The notes: generated from the letters alone by a model not told the origin. A DNA stretch of 63,672 bases from Schmidtea nova (GCA_044892505.1 CM097882.1:179180329-179244000), one strand, 5' to 3'. Shown: positions 1 through 10,770, counted from the first letter of the stretch. Numbers and translations: made by a program.

Positions 1-1250
1 TTTTTAACATAGAATAATTTTAAAGTTTTTATATTTGACCTACATAATTCTGACATAGAAAATTATCTAGTTGACCTACTTTTTTCTGACTTAGAAAATT
101 CGTACTGTTATTTATTTTAAACAACAAGAGAAGCAGAACGCGCGTTTCACGCGCGTTCAATGAGTACTGTTATTTGTCTTAAACAATAACAGGAGAAGAA
201 CGCGCGTGAAACGCGCGTTCAATGCATACTATTATCCTTATTAAAAACATACACACACGTAAGATAGCCATATACAGAAATTATTAACCTACTTAATTCG
301 AACTTAGAAATATTTGAAAATTATTGACCTACTTTAATTGAAAAATTTTGAAAATTATTATTGACCTACTTAATTTGTCCTCATCATGACCTTAAATCGA
401 CCTACTTTATTCTGACATAGAAAAATTTTTGAGAAAAATAAAGTTGACCTACTTATTTCTGACATAGAAAAACTTTTGAAAAAATAAAGTTGACCTACTT
501 ATTTCTGACATAGAAAAATTTTCAAGTATTTATATTTGACCTACTTAATTCTGACATAGAATAATTTTCAAGTTTTTTATATTTGACCTACTTTTTTCTG
601 ACATAGAAAAATTTTCAAAATTATTATTGACCTACTTAATTCGTTGTCATAGCAACTATCAAATTTTGAAAAATTAAGTTGACCTACTTATTCGTTGTCA
701 TAGCAACTTTAAAATATTTGACCTACTTTTTTCTGACATAGAAAAAATTTGAAAATTAAATTTGACCTACTTATTTTAACCTTAAATTCACCTTAAAATA
801 TTTGACCTACTTATTTTGTCCTTATCGTGACCTTAAATCGACCTAATTTTTGACCTTATATTGTCCTTAAAACAACCTTGACCTACTTTATTGTCCTTAA
901 AGTGTCCTTAAACCATAAATTTGACCTTAAATTCACCTTAAAATGTCCTTAAAACGACCTTGGCCTACTTTTTGACCTTAGAGAGTCCTGAAAATGACCT
1001 TAAGCGAAAAATTTGACCTTAAAGTGTCCTTAAAGTGTCCTTAAGCGAAAAATTTGACCATAAATTTGACCTTAAATTCACCTTAAAATGTCCTTAAAAC
1101 GACCTTGGCCTACTTTTTGACCTTAGAGAGTCCTGAAAATGACCTTAAGCGAAAAATTTGACCTTAAAGTGTCCTTAAAGTGTCCTTAAGCGAAAAATTT
1201 GACCTTAAATCGACCTACGTAAAAAATTTAACCTTAAATCGACCTACATA
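1..1250. repeat. Tandem repeat array rich in TTGACCTAC / GACCTTAA motifs, next to the Polinton capsid gene
   Basis: ~40-45 bp units (ttgacctactt...ctgacatagaaaaatttt) over 1-760, then shorter gaccttaa/gtccttaa units. An exact 145-bp tandem duplication spans 913-1057 and 1058-1204. Confidence 0.9.
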
Positions 1251-1479
1251 AAAAAAAATTTTTTTCTAGGGGGGGGTCTTGACCTATATCTGATGCGCTC
1301 ACATCCTACTACTCCGTCTCTGAAATCAAACACATTAGCCGAGATTAATAATGTTTAACCTGGCATGTTTACAAAACAAACACCCAAATCAGAGCCAAAA
1401 CAGGCTACTAAACCAGAAGCCCCTAACGTAAAAGGCATATAAACAAACGAATGAAAGGACATGGGACTATCTTTGAAAA

Positions 1480-2675
1480 ATGATTTGTGGAAAATCTGAA
1501 TTATGTATATTTGATCGACCATCGCCACAAGCGGTGATTGAATTTGGAGCATTGGAAGAGGTTTTTTTCTATGAATTCATTGACTGATAGTAGAAATGAA
1601 GTTGCGTTTTACATTAATGGTTCTCAAACGGAATATTTGGATTTGAACGATACCTTATAAACTGTTCAAATCAAGGTTGTAGATAAAGATAAAAAAGCTT
1701 TGGCTGATGCTGATACTACAACTCCAAACAACTTTCTGTTTCATACACTTTTTAAAGATGCAATTCTTAGATTTAATAATAATTATGCTCACAAGGCAAT
1801 AATAAAACTATTTTAAATTATAATTCGATACAAAAAATACATGTCTTACGCCTTTGGGTTATGGTAGTAATAAAGATAGGAAAAAGTGGATTAAAGGTTC
1901 AAAAACATTTATAATGTGTTCATCATTACAAGTAGACTTTATGGATCAGCCGAAATATTTACTTCCAGGTGTTAATATTCACATTAGGTTGAAAAGATCG
2001 GATTCTGCTCCATCACTAAATTGTAGTGCTGGAGCACCAATATGTCAATTAATTGATGCGAAACTATTGGTAAGAAGATTTCGAGTTGATCTGTCGGTAT
2101 TAGCAAGTCATCAAATTGGACTTAATTCTAAACATGCAATATATCCATTAAAATCGAAAGAAATAGTACAATTTGCAATTGCCAAAGGTGCCTCATCATT
2201 CTAAAAGGAACAAATATTTGGCGATAGAAGAATGCCTAACTTCATTCTCGTCACATTTCTAAGCGAAACTCAATACAATGGATCATATACTGCTTCAAGC
2301 TCAATTTTCAAGCATTTTAGTGTTACATCTCTTACTTTATCAAAAATTACTGATTATAGAGAAACATTTACTCAGAATTTCGATAATGATAATTGTTGTG
2401 CTACATATATGCAGTCAATTGTGAGAAATATGGGATATTTTGATAAAAATATGAATTGCGGTATAACTCTCGATGAATTTAAAACTAAATGCCCGTTCTT
2501 CACTTTTGTTCTCGCTCCTGATTTTGATTTGAATCAGAGTCAATTGCCTCAAAATGGAAATTTGCGTTTAGATATAAAATTTGCAAAAGCTATTACTGAA
2601 CCAGTACATGTTATAATATACGGAGTATTTTAAAATGAAGTACAAATTACTGCAAATCGAACTGTATTGATTTGA
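1480..2675 (+). pseudogene. Polinton/Maverick major capsid protein (F54H12.2-like, double jelly-roll), with frameshifts and stops
   Basis: ATG at 1480 gives MICGKSELCIFDRPSPQAVIEFG...VAFYINGSQTEYLDLNDT. It continues in ORFs 1854-2204 (DFMDQPKYLLPGVNIHIRLKRS) and 2232-2633 (MPNFILVTFL...NGNLRLDIKFAKA), ending NEVQITANRTVLI after a premature TAA. Motifs recognised from family knowledge. Confidence 0.8.
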
Positions 2676-2789
2676 ACTTTGTTCAAAAAAAAATACTTGT
2701 ATGATCCATTATTAGTATAAATGCAGTTAATTAGGTTTTTAAAATGTCATGGAGTAAGTATTTGATTTTTTATAACAATTTATTAATTT

Positions 2790-3131
2790 AGTTCCGTACA
2801 GATAAATCGAATAGGTGCTCAAATATTGGGTATTGAGTTTGTTGGAGTGTACCCAATTGATAAAATTCCATATTTGGATATAAATCAAGCAATAGATGTC
2901 AATACACAATCATCTATTCTCGGTGGGGTGCATTGGATTGCAGTCTATGTAAAAAGTGACGAGATATATGTTTTCGATTTAATGGGATACTATTATCCAT
3001 CACTTTTAGTCAAAAAACTATCATCAATTGGTGCCCCTATTGAATATAATAAAATTTACTTTCAACATTCATTAACTATTACTTGTGGTCAACATTGTCT
3101 TGCGTGGCTAATGTATAAACGTTATAATTAA
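2790..3131 (+). pseudogene. Polinton adenain-type cysteine protease (probably degenerate)
   Basis: QINRIG...FVGVYPIDKIP, NT..S...GVHWIAVY (catalytic His), VFD, and FQHSLTITCGQHC (oxyanion Gln, catalytic Cys). Lies directly after the capsid gene; no clear ATG. Confidence 0.8.
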
Positions 3132-3148
3132 ATAAATGTATTGTAAAA

Positions 3149-3478
3149 ATGTGTTACTTTATTAATATTTCTTGTCATAAAAATGTTATTAAAGAATTAT
3201 GTATAATTAATTCAAATATTATTTTGGAACCATTACTTACAAGATACTTTTGTTCAACATTTTTATTGAAAGTACTTGATGTTTCTCAAATATTTTATGC
3301 GCCTAATGAATGGAAAATCAGAATATTGAAGAAATATTTTCCAACTCTTCGATTAATACCATATTCAATAAAGAATAACATTTTTCCAACGAATATAACA
3401 TGTCTCTATGGTGAACATTTTAATTGTTTGTACAAACTTTGTCTATTATGTGTTGTTGATTATTTAACTATTAAATAA
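3149..3478 (+). CDS. Putative Polinton accessory ORF (109 aa), function unknown
   Basis: Open ORF right after the protease. The VIKELCI N-terminus and C-terminal C-x4-H-x2-C resemble small accessory proteins of invertebrate Polintons (recollection, not searched). Confidence 0.45.
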   Translation: MCYFINISCHKNVIKELCIINSNIILEPLLTRYFCSTFLLKVLDVSQIFYAPNEWKIRILKKYFPTLRLIPYSIKNNIFPTNITCLYGEHFNCLYKLCLLCVVDYLTIK

Positions 3479-4476
3479 ATGTATCTTATCGATATGTATG
3501 GCTAACAGGCACATGCATTAATAAAGCATGACTAACAAAGACTGGAGTACACATGCATGTTTAACAAAGACATGGCAAAACACATGCAGCAATCTGATTG
3601 GATAAAGGCGAGTATAAAAATAAAGATCTCGACGAAATTAATCATAATTTTAAAATGCAATTACCAAATTTCAAACCTGTTCAAATGTTCCACAACCATA
3701 AAATGAATTTTTTGGAAGTACCGATAGAATTCAAATTTTCGTTTCCAATCAAGCTGACAAAGACTGAATTTTCATATCTACGATAGTCAATTTCTAATGA
3801 AGATAGTTATTCAATAAACCGAATATTTAGCCATCTCAATGTCAATAGGAATTGCAACAACATTATTATAAGCGACAAAGATTCAGTGTTTTGCTCGGCT
3901 TTTCGAGAGATAGCGTATATAGATGAAGCATATTGGTATGTAGACGCAATTATTAAAGGATATAAAACCTATCAGGAAAATCGTTCAAGTCCTATTTGGA
4001 AAATAGTGAAAACTGTACAAACAGTGGTGTAATATTAATAAAATTATTAAACAAATCTTTGAGTTTCCTATTATTTGATAAATTAATTTAAAAAATCTTA
4101 GAATTTATAACAACNNNNNNNNNNNNNNNNNNNNNNNNNNNNNNNNNNNNNNNNNNNNNNNNNNNNNNNNNNNNNNNNNNNNNNNNNNNNNNNNNNNNNN
4201 NNNNNNNNNNNNNNNNNNNNNNNNNNNNNNNNNNNNNNNNNNNNNNNNNNNNNNNNNNNNNNNNNNNNNNNNNNNNCTTTGCTGCAAAAATAATAATTTT
4301 ATTAAGTGAGAAAATTTTCGATTATCAAATAATCCTCGTCAATTGTTTTTGATAATTTAAAATTTGTGGCAAGTGTTGCCGTTGAGATAATTCGTGCACT
4401 CCTCCAGAATTTCGAATCAGAAAGGCTTGATATTCTGCCATCGTTGCTTGTCAAATGATACATATAAACTAAGGAT

Positions 4477-4836
4477 TTAATAGTCCACTTCGATATTCTT
4501 TTGTATGATTTCGATTTGACTCATATTCAAAACTCTCGGTTGAACCCATTTTACCATCAATTTCTCATTGACTTCATCGGCATCGGCTTCAACAGGTTTC
4601 GTTGTTGCTGCTGTCTTGACTACTTGACGAAATGCTTTCTTTTCTTCCTCGGAGAACGATTTTATATGATTAAACCATCTTAAAGCATAGAAATAGCAGT
4701 CTTTAATTGACGAACATGCTTGAAACACTTCAACATCAGCAGTAAATTGATAATATCCATTAACATGGTTTTCATTGAACATATAATTGTTCAATTTTAA
4801 TTGACCGATATCGATTTTTAGATTACCAAATTCCAT
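4477..4836 (-). CDS. Orphan 119-aa ORF of unknown function, probably element-borne
   Basis: Intronless ORF with protein-like composition. Its upstream region shares the ACAGACGCGAG motif with the region above the orphan ORF at 46785-47375. Confidence 0.4.
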   Translation of the reverse strand: MEFGNLKIDIGQLKLNNYMFNENHVNGYYQFTADVEVFQACSSIKDCYFYALRWFNHIKSFSEEEKKAFRQVVKTAATTKPVEADADEVNEKLMVKWVQPRVLNMSQIEIIQKNIEVDY

Positions 4837-5177
4837 ATTTTCAAATTTAAATCAAATTAAGAATTTTCAATTCCACAAAATTTTTATTAATCCAATTGAT
4901 TTAGATAAACAAAAAACAAATCGTCCAAAATTAGTTTTTATCCAAAAAAATCCAATCAAAAGAAATTAAACTACAAATTCAAATCAACTCCAATTAAATT
5001 CTAAAAATCAATCGATAAAACAAAAAGAATTAAAAATCCGTCAAAATTAATTCTAATAATCAAAAGGCATTTTTAAATCAATTTTGTCCCAACCAATCCA
5101 AGAACTCGCACACAGACGCGAGCACCCTCACCAAAGAACACACATCAAGCCTCCAAAACCGCACAGCACTCACCACA

Positions 5178-5531
5178 TGTCATTTCGAACCATTTTTCTG
5201 TTTTTTTAATTTTTCGACTCAAGTTAATAAAAATACAATCAATCGAACAAATAAATGTTCAAGAATAGGCAATTGAAAAGAAAATTCAACTGAAAATGCT
5301 CTTAAATAAGAATTACGTTTTTGTAAATCATGAGGTCGAATGAGAATTATTATCATTGTTATTATTGCTTTCCGAATCCGGTTTCACGAGATAAAATTAG
5401 AGACCAATTTTTACATCATGATCGAGGCTTTTTAATGCCCCCGCTAGATATGCGATATTTTCCTTTTGAAATTATTATTTGAAATTGGCCAAAAAGGTTA
5501 TCAATATTGAAATTTCAATTATTCCTCAACA
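5178..5531 (-). mobile_element. Putative 3' LTR of a BEL/Pao retrotransposon (~354 bp)
   Basis: On the minus strand a polypurine tract GGAGAGGGGGA (5542-5532) is followed by TGTTGAGG... and ends ...AATGACA at 5178. It lies downstream of the integrase ORF. Confidence 0.6.
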
Positions 5532-5671
5532 TCCCCCTCTCCTTGACAACTTGTCAATTCGCAGTTAACATACCTAAACCAAATTAGCATTAACAATCAC
5601 AATTTGCCACGACCACGACTAATAAAATTTAATTTCATTTTATATCCCTCTTAACTATTATCAGGCGCAAC

Positions 5672-6199
5672 TCATATTTTTTGGACTTTCTTAGCCAATT
5701 CTAATGGAAAAATTTTTACAATTGGTCTGGTTTTCTCTTTACCTTGACATTCAACCTTAACGACTCTGACCTTTCCATCACTACCTGGAATCAGTTCCTT
5801 AATTCTTGCTAACGGCCATCGACCTTCTAAAATATTCGGTTCTAAAACCCAAACAACGTCACCTACTTTGACATCTCCGTTTTCTTTCCACCATTTTTGT
5901 CTTGTACCCCACATTGGTACGAGTTCTTTCTGCCACCTTTCCCGAAAATGGTTCACTATCTCCAAAATTCTTTTCCATCTTCTTCGGTAATCTACTCTTT
6001 CATTAGGGGGGATATCTTCTGTTCGATCCAGTCCAGGCCATTTTGATAAAATAAAGTCATTTGGAGTTAGTGCAATATCCTCTTTGCCGTCACTGCATTG
6101 CACTGTCAAAGGGCGAGAATTCAACAAGCCTTCTACTTTTATTAACACTGTATTCAGTTCTTCATCCGAAATGTCAGCTTCCCCAATAATTATCTTCAT
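5672..6199 (-). mobile_element. BEL/Pao retrotransposon integrase C-terminus (DUF5641-like), 5'-truncated
   Basis: VEGLLNSRPLT, ALTPNDF, RRWKRILEIVNHFRERWQKE, VKVGDVVWV, WPLARIKELIPGSDGKVRVVKV, RPIVKIFPLE are typical BEL/Pao motifs. Confidence 0.93.
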
Positions 6200-6419
6200 A
6201 GCTTTCTTCGCTATCGATTGACGAGGATTATTTGATAATCGAAAATTTTCTCACTTAATAAAATTATTATTTTTGCAGCAAACGCTTATTTTGTTACTTA
6301 TTTATTAATTAATATAATACTTAATGCTGCTACCAAGGAATCACCATTTTATAATAATAATAATAATAATAATTTTTTTGGCATGCAATCCAAGTGCAAT
6401 ACAAATGCAATACAAATGC

Positions 6420-6610
6420 AAATAAAGTTCTTTGTTAAACGGACTTAGAAAAATTTTCAAAAGTTCTTTGTTTAGGGGGGTATGTCTTATTTTCGACATA
6501 GAAAAATTTTCGAAATTATCTATGAGTCATACATGGGTGTACGCGCTAGCATACATATGTCTCTGTTCAAACGGACTTAGAAAAATTTTCAAAAAAGTTC
6601 TTTGTTAAAC
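6420..6610. repeat. Short repeats resembling the 1-760 array
   Basis: Two copies of ggacttagaaaaattttcaaaagttctttgtt and one cgacatagaaaaatttt, matching the unit at the window start. Confidence 0.5.
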
Positions 6611-7719
6611 CATATCGCGGAGCTATAAACAGCCCCACTCGTACGGAATCACCCTCGCAACTTTCCCCACGGACGACGCACCTATTTATTTTATGATTCA
6701 AGTTTAAATCCGGAATCACTAAAGCAAAACATGTATAATTTCAAAAACTCATTTTTCAAATATTTTTTAAACCCAATTCAAAATTTACAGAAAACTTCCA
6801 ATTACACATTAAAAAATAAAAATATACTTGAGCAAACTCGCAAAGGTTTGCTTTCCTTGAATAATCAAATAAAATGACAAAAGCTGGCTGGTGGAATCAC
6901 TCAAAAACTGACTGTCCGCAATTTTGGTATCAGAAAAAGTGTTAAAATTATGAATTTTCAACGCCTATATGTACTATTTTTGAGTAGCTGTGTGTCCACT
7001 ATCAATACGGGTTGCTACACAAATGTTAGGAAAACTGTGAGTGTATGTGGCGGTTTTTCTCTCGATTTTCTCTCATCTTACCGACCCCAACACCAGTCTC
7101 TTGGACAATACGTGTAAGCTCGCATGCTGATTCTATCGATACTGCATGCACGAATTTTTCAAAATATTTTTCTGTTACTGTTTTTAGTAACGTTTTTATC
7201 ATTATTCAGAAATCTTAATACATTCTAAAATCCCAAATAACCAACCTCGTCATGTTTCGTGGAACATTATAACTATACCTATAACTATTATAACTATTAT
7301 AACTATACCTATAACTATAACATACTCATCAGCGCTTCACGGTTCGATAGCTACACCGATAATTTCATTTATGACGTGCAAACCAAGATAATGACCAAGA
7401 TTCAGTGTTTTATTTATTTAATTAAAAATTATTTCATGTAATTCTCGTTTTAACTATTAGTTTTCATTTTCTAAATATTTATTATTAAATTTTGTATGTT
7501 ACTTAAATAATTTATTTATTTGTTTTATATTAAGTTCAACTAAAATTAATTTTGCGGTTCCACCAGCCTAACATAAAGTATTTTTTTATTCAATAATTTT
7601 CATATTATTATTTGTAAGAATATAGATCAATTTTTTTGGTTGTTAAGTACATGCGATGTATATGCACAACGTTATTTTATGCGGGCCCGGAGCTAGGAAT
7701 GAATCAACGAGGGGCAATT

Positions 7720-8400
7720 ACTTTATTTTAATTTACCTTTATTTTTATTTTTATTTATTTTTATTTATTTTTATTTATCTTTATCTTTATTTTTATTTTA
7801 ATTAACCTTTAACTTGATTTATCTTTATCCTATTTTATTTTTATTTATTTTTATTTATCTTTATCCTATTTTACCTTAATTTTAATTTACCTTTATTTTT
7901 ATTTTATTTTTATGTTAATTTATCTTTATGTTAATTTACCTTTATTTTAATTTATTTTTTTTTGATTTACTTTATATAATTTTATTTTGATTTTGATTGA
8001 TTTTGATTTATCTTTATTTTGATTATTATTTATTTATCTTTATTTTTATTTATATCTATCTTTATCTTTATTTATCTTTATTTTAATTTACCTTTATCCT
8101 ATTTTGTCTTTATCCTATTTTGTCTTTGTCTTTATTTATTTTTATTTATTTTAATTTTAATTTAACTTAACCTACTTTAACTTTATCTTATTTTATCTTT
8201 ATTTTATCTTTATTTTATTTTACCTTTATTTTAATTTTTCTTTATCCTATTGTAACTTAATTTTTCTTAATTTTTCTTTATTTTTCTTTAAATTAATTTT
8301 TCTTTTAATTTATCTTTATTTTAATATATCTTTATTTTAATTTAACTTTATCTTATTTAACTTTATCTTATTTTACCTTTATTTTATTTTCTTTTTTTAA
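7720..8400. repeat. Low-complexity T-rich run of TTTA(T/C)-type units
   Basis: Almost entirely tttatt/tttatc/ttacct units. Confidence 0.9.
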
Positions 8401-8627
8401 TGTTACTCACCATTTGCAATATCGATCTGTTGACCTGCTTGATCTGCGTGAGCATGAGAAGTTATACCAGGAGAAGCAACAGGAGGCTCGGTCCCCACAC
8501 GAATAGAACAGTAATCCAGCAATGTTTTTTGTTGCTTTGACATCTGGTTTAAAATAAACTTAAAATAAACTTAAAATAACCTTAAAAAATAAAATTAACT
8601 TAAAATTAACTTAAAAAATAAACTTAA

Positions 8628-8708
8628 CACGTTGACGGACAGTTGCGTCTATAGCCGTCAAGTTCAAGTAATTTTAATGCTGTAATTTTAATACTGTCCG
8701 TCAACGTG
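8628..8708. mobile_element. 81-bp piggyBac-like MITE
   Basis: TTAA on both sides and a perfect 16-bp TIR CACGTTGACGGACAGT. Confidence 0.75.
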
Positions 8709-9372
8709 TTAAAAAATAAACCTAATAATCCAAAATTAATAAACCAAAATTTATTAATTAAAGTTTGGTTTATTTATTTTACACCACATTGATTGGTTTG
8801 GGGGCATTTTTCTATTCAGGAAGGGCATTGCCCCCAAATGCCCCCATGGCGCTGGGCTTGATTTTATGTAAAATTATTAAATTAACAATTAATTATAAAT
8901 ATGTTCAAACTATAGTTAATTATGAATATATAAACAACACAAAATTTTCTTCGTTCATTGTAAAGGTTGCTTTGGGTTGTAACACGGGCATAAAAATTAA
9001 TAAATAATTTTAATCACTTAATAATACTAAATTACAGTGAAAATAATATATAAGAAGCTTGTATTGTTATAAAAATTTCAAAATTTCTAGTTAATATGTT
9101 AAATCGTATTCGGTATATAAATCTGAAATATTTTTTTAGGTTTTTAAATGCCAAAATTGTTGATTAAATTTTGTTACATATGCATTATATAAAAGCGGCA
9201 ATGTCAAATTTATGCTTCATTTAATTTTTAAATAACATTCTTAAATTTACCGAGAAAGTTTAATAGATATAAAAGATCCGCTTGTAATATTTTAACGAAG
9301 TCTAATTAAAAATTAGTAAATACATAAATGTACTTACCTAAATCATATATATATATATATTTTTTTTTTATT

Positions 9373-9612
9373 TCAATAATTCCTATAATGATGACTATAG
9401 ATCAAAATTTTTTTTATAAACAATAACACAATATTTCGGCACAGCCTTTATCAAGTGTGTATTTCAAATGTGTTTGAAATACACAATTGATAAAGGCTGT
9501 GCCGAAATATTGTGTTATTGTTTATAAAAAAATTTTGATCTATAGTCATCATTATGGGAATTATTGATAATAATAATAAAAAAGATCAAAGGTGAAAAAA
9601 GATAATTATGAT
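9373..9612. mobile_element. Palindromic Penelope-derived mini-element (copy 1) with two inverted hammerhead-like motifs
   Basis: Near-perfect ~195-bp palindrome at 9373-9567 plus a one-sided tail (aaagatcaaaggtgaaaaaagataattatgat). The same sequence recurs at 47805, 58616, 20017 and 60995. Confidence 0.85.
9426..9458 (-). ncRNA. Minimal type I hammerhead-like ribozyme motif, U3-A8 core variant
   Basis: ACAC-UUGAUAAA-GGC(UGU)GCC-GAAA-UAU-U-GUGU: stem I 4 bp, stem II 3 bp, palindromic stem III, NUH triplet AUU. Confidence 0.65.
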
Positions 9613-9730
9613 CATATATATATATATATATATATAATTTTATTTATTATTATTATATATTATATTAATTGTCAATAAGCGAAATTCTTTAAAATAACAA
9701 TTTTAAAAAGTTATTTACTTGAAAAGGTAA

Positions 9731-10113
9731 TGTGCTGGGTTCATGGAGGGGTTAGATGAAAAGTTCTAACGAGGGCTAGGGATTCCCCATCCATGATCAT
9801 ACATAAATATTCGTAAATTCACACTCGAGCGCCCTTGATTATTTCCCTTTATAACCAAGTTGGTGATGCGCAAGGTGGTTAAACAATGATGGGCAGGTGA
9901 GCTCTATCGCTAGAACTACTCCTCATTTATGTTTACGGGTTCATCGTTGCCGTTAGAAGGACTTACGCTTTAGTCGCGAATGAGTTTAGTTGTGGTCCTC
10001 CACAGTCTTTATTATTTACTTTCACAACACTTACGTAACGTTTTATTTATTTATATACGAATACTAGTGTATTTATGAAGGAATTATTTGAATAAAACTA
10101 AATGCTGGTTACA
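9731..10113 (+). mobile_element. LTR-like repeat copy A (383 bp, TG...CA)
   Basis: Starts TGTGCTGGG and ends AATAAAACTAAATGCTGGTTACA. Colinear motif matches to 27026-27413 and partly to 14832-15090. Confidence 0.55.
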
Positions 10114-10254
10114 CTTAAGATGTTCCATTTATTCGACTAATTAGTAAACTTTTATATTAAGACATAACAAAAATGTCAGCACGAATGATATTCTATTTTA
10201 TTATTATTACAACATATGGCTAAAAATCCCCTCTGGAGGGAAAACCTCGGTCAG

Positions 10255-10770
10255 CAGGTCTCCTTCCGATAATTTAGTTAACTCGTCGACCTGATCTTGT
10301 AGTGTTTGCGCGAAGTTTCCTCTGCCTCCTTCGCTTCTGGCCGATTCGCTTGCGTTTGTGGTGCGTGCTGATGGAGGGAGCACTCACAATAACTGGTTGA
10401 GATTCTTTTTCCGTAGTTTCGGTTAGACTTTCGATATCAGTGCTGATTGAGATTACTGACTTTTTCTCGGTGATTCACCTCTGATAGGCCGTCACTGAGT
10501 GGAGGCATTTTCGCAACTCAATCTTGGTTTCCTCCCACTCCATTTTGTAGTCTTCTGCTGTTCTCTGAGCCCACTTGGTTTTGCCGATTTGATCCTTCAT
10601 CCGCGCAGGAGCAAACCAACTCTGTGCCTCTGCTTTGGCCAATTGCTCTTTCGTTTGAGCCAATTCCTTGTTCTGAGCTCTTCGGATTCTCCATAGTTGG
10701 TGTATTTCCTTTTGGTGTTGTAGCGATTCTGTCTACAATCGTGATGAAGTAAAATTCACCCACTTTAATT
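10255..10770 (-). pseudogene. Coiled-coil ORF with basic C-tail (cassette A), disrupted
   Basis: QKEIHQLWRIRRAQNKELAQTKEQLAKAEAQ...EDYKMEWEETKIELRKCLHSV...HKRKRIGQKRRRQRKLR, with in-frame stops. Confidence 0.55.

Larger units (their letters stand above)
7682..8860. mobile_element. Non-autonomous hAT-like element with 8-bp TSD and low-complexity AT cargo
   Basis: Perfect 8-bp direct repeat ATTTTATG at 7674-7681 and 8861-8868. Imperfect terminal inverted repeats (cgggcccggagcta vs rc caagcccagcgcca) and GGGGCAA/TTGCCCC subterminal motifs. Confidence 0.7.

Noticed and set aside
1-1250. CRISPR-like repeat-spacer reading of the tandem array
   Set aside because: Units are degenerate and contiguous with no unique constant-length spacers, there are no cas genes, and the context is eukaryotic.
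2750-2801. GTAAGT...TACAG as an intron in the Polinton protease gene
   Set aside because: The protease N-terminus (SSVQINRIG) reads through the supposed acceptor, so decay of the start codon is the simpler explanation.
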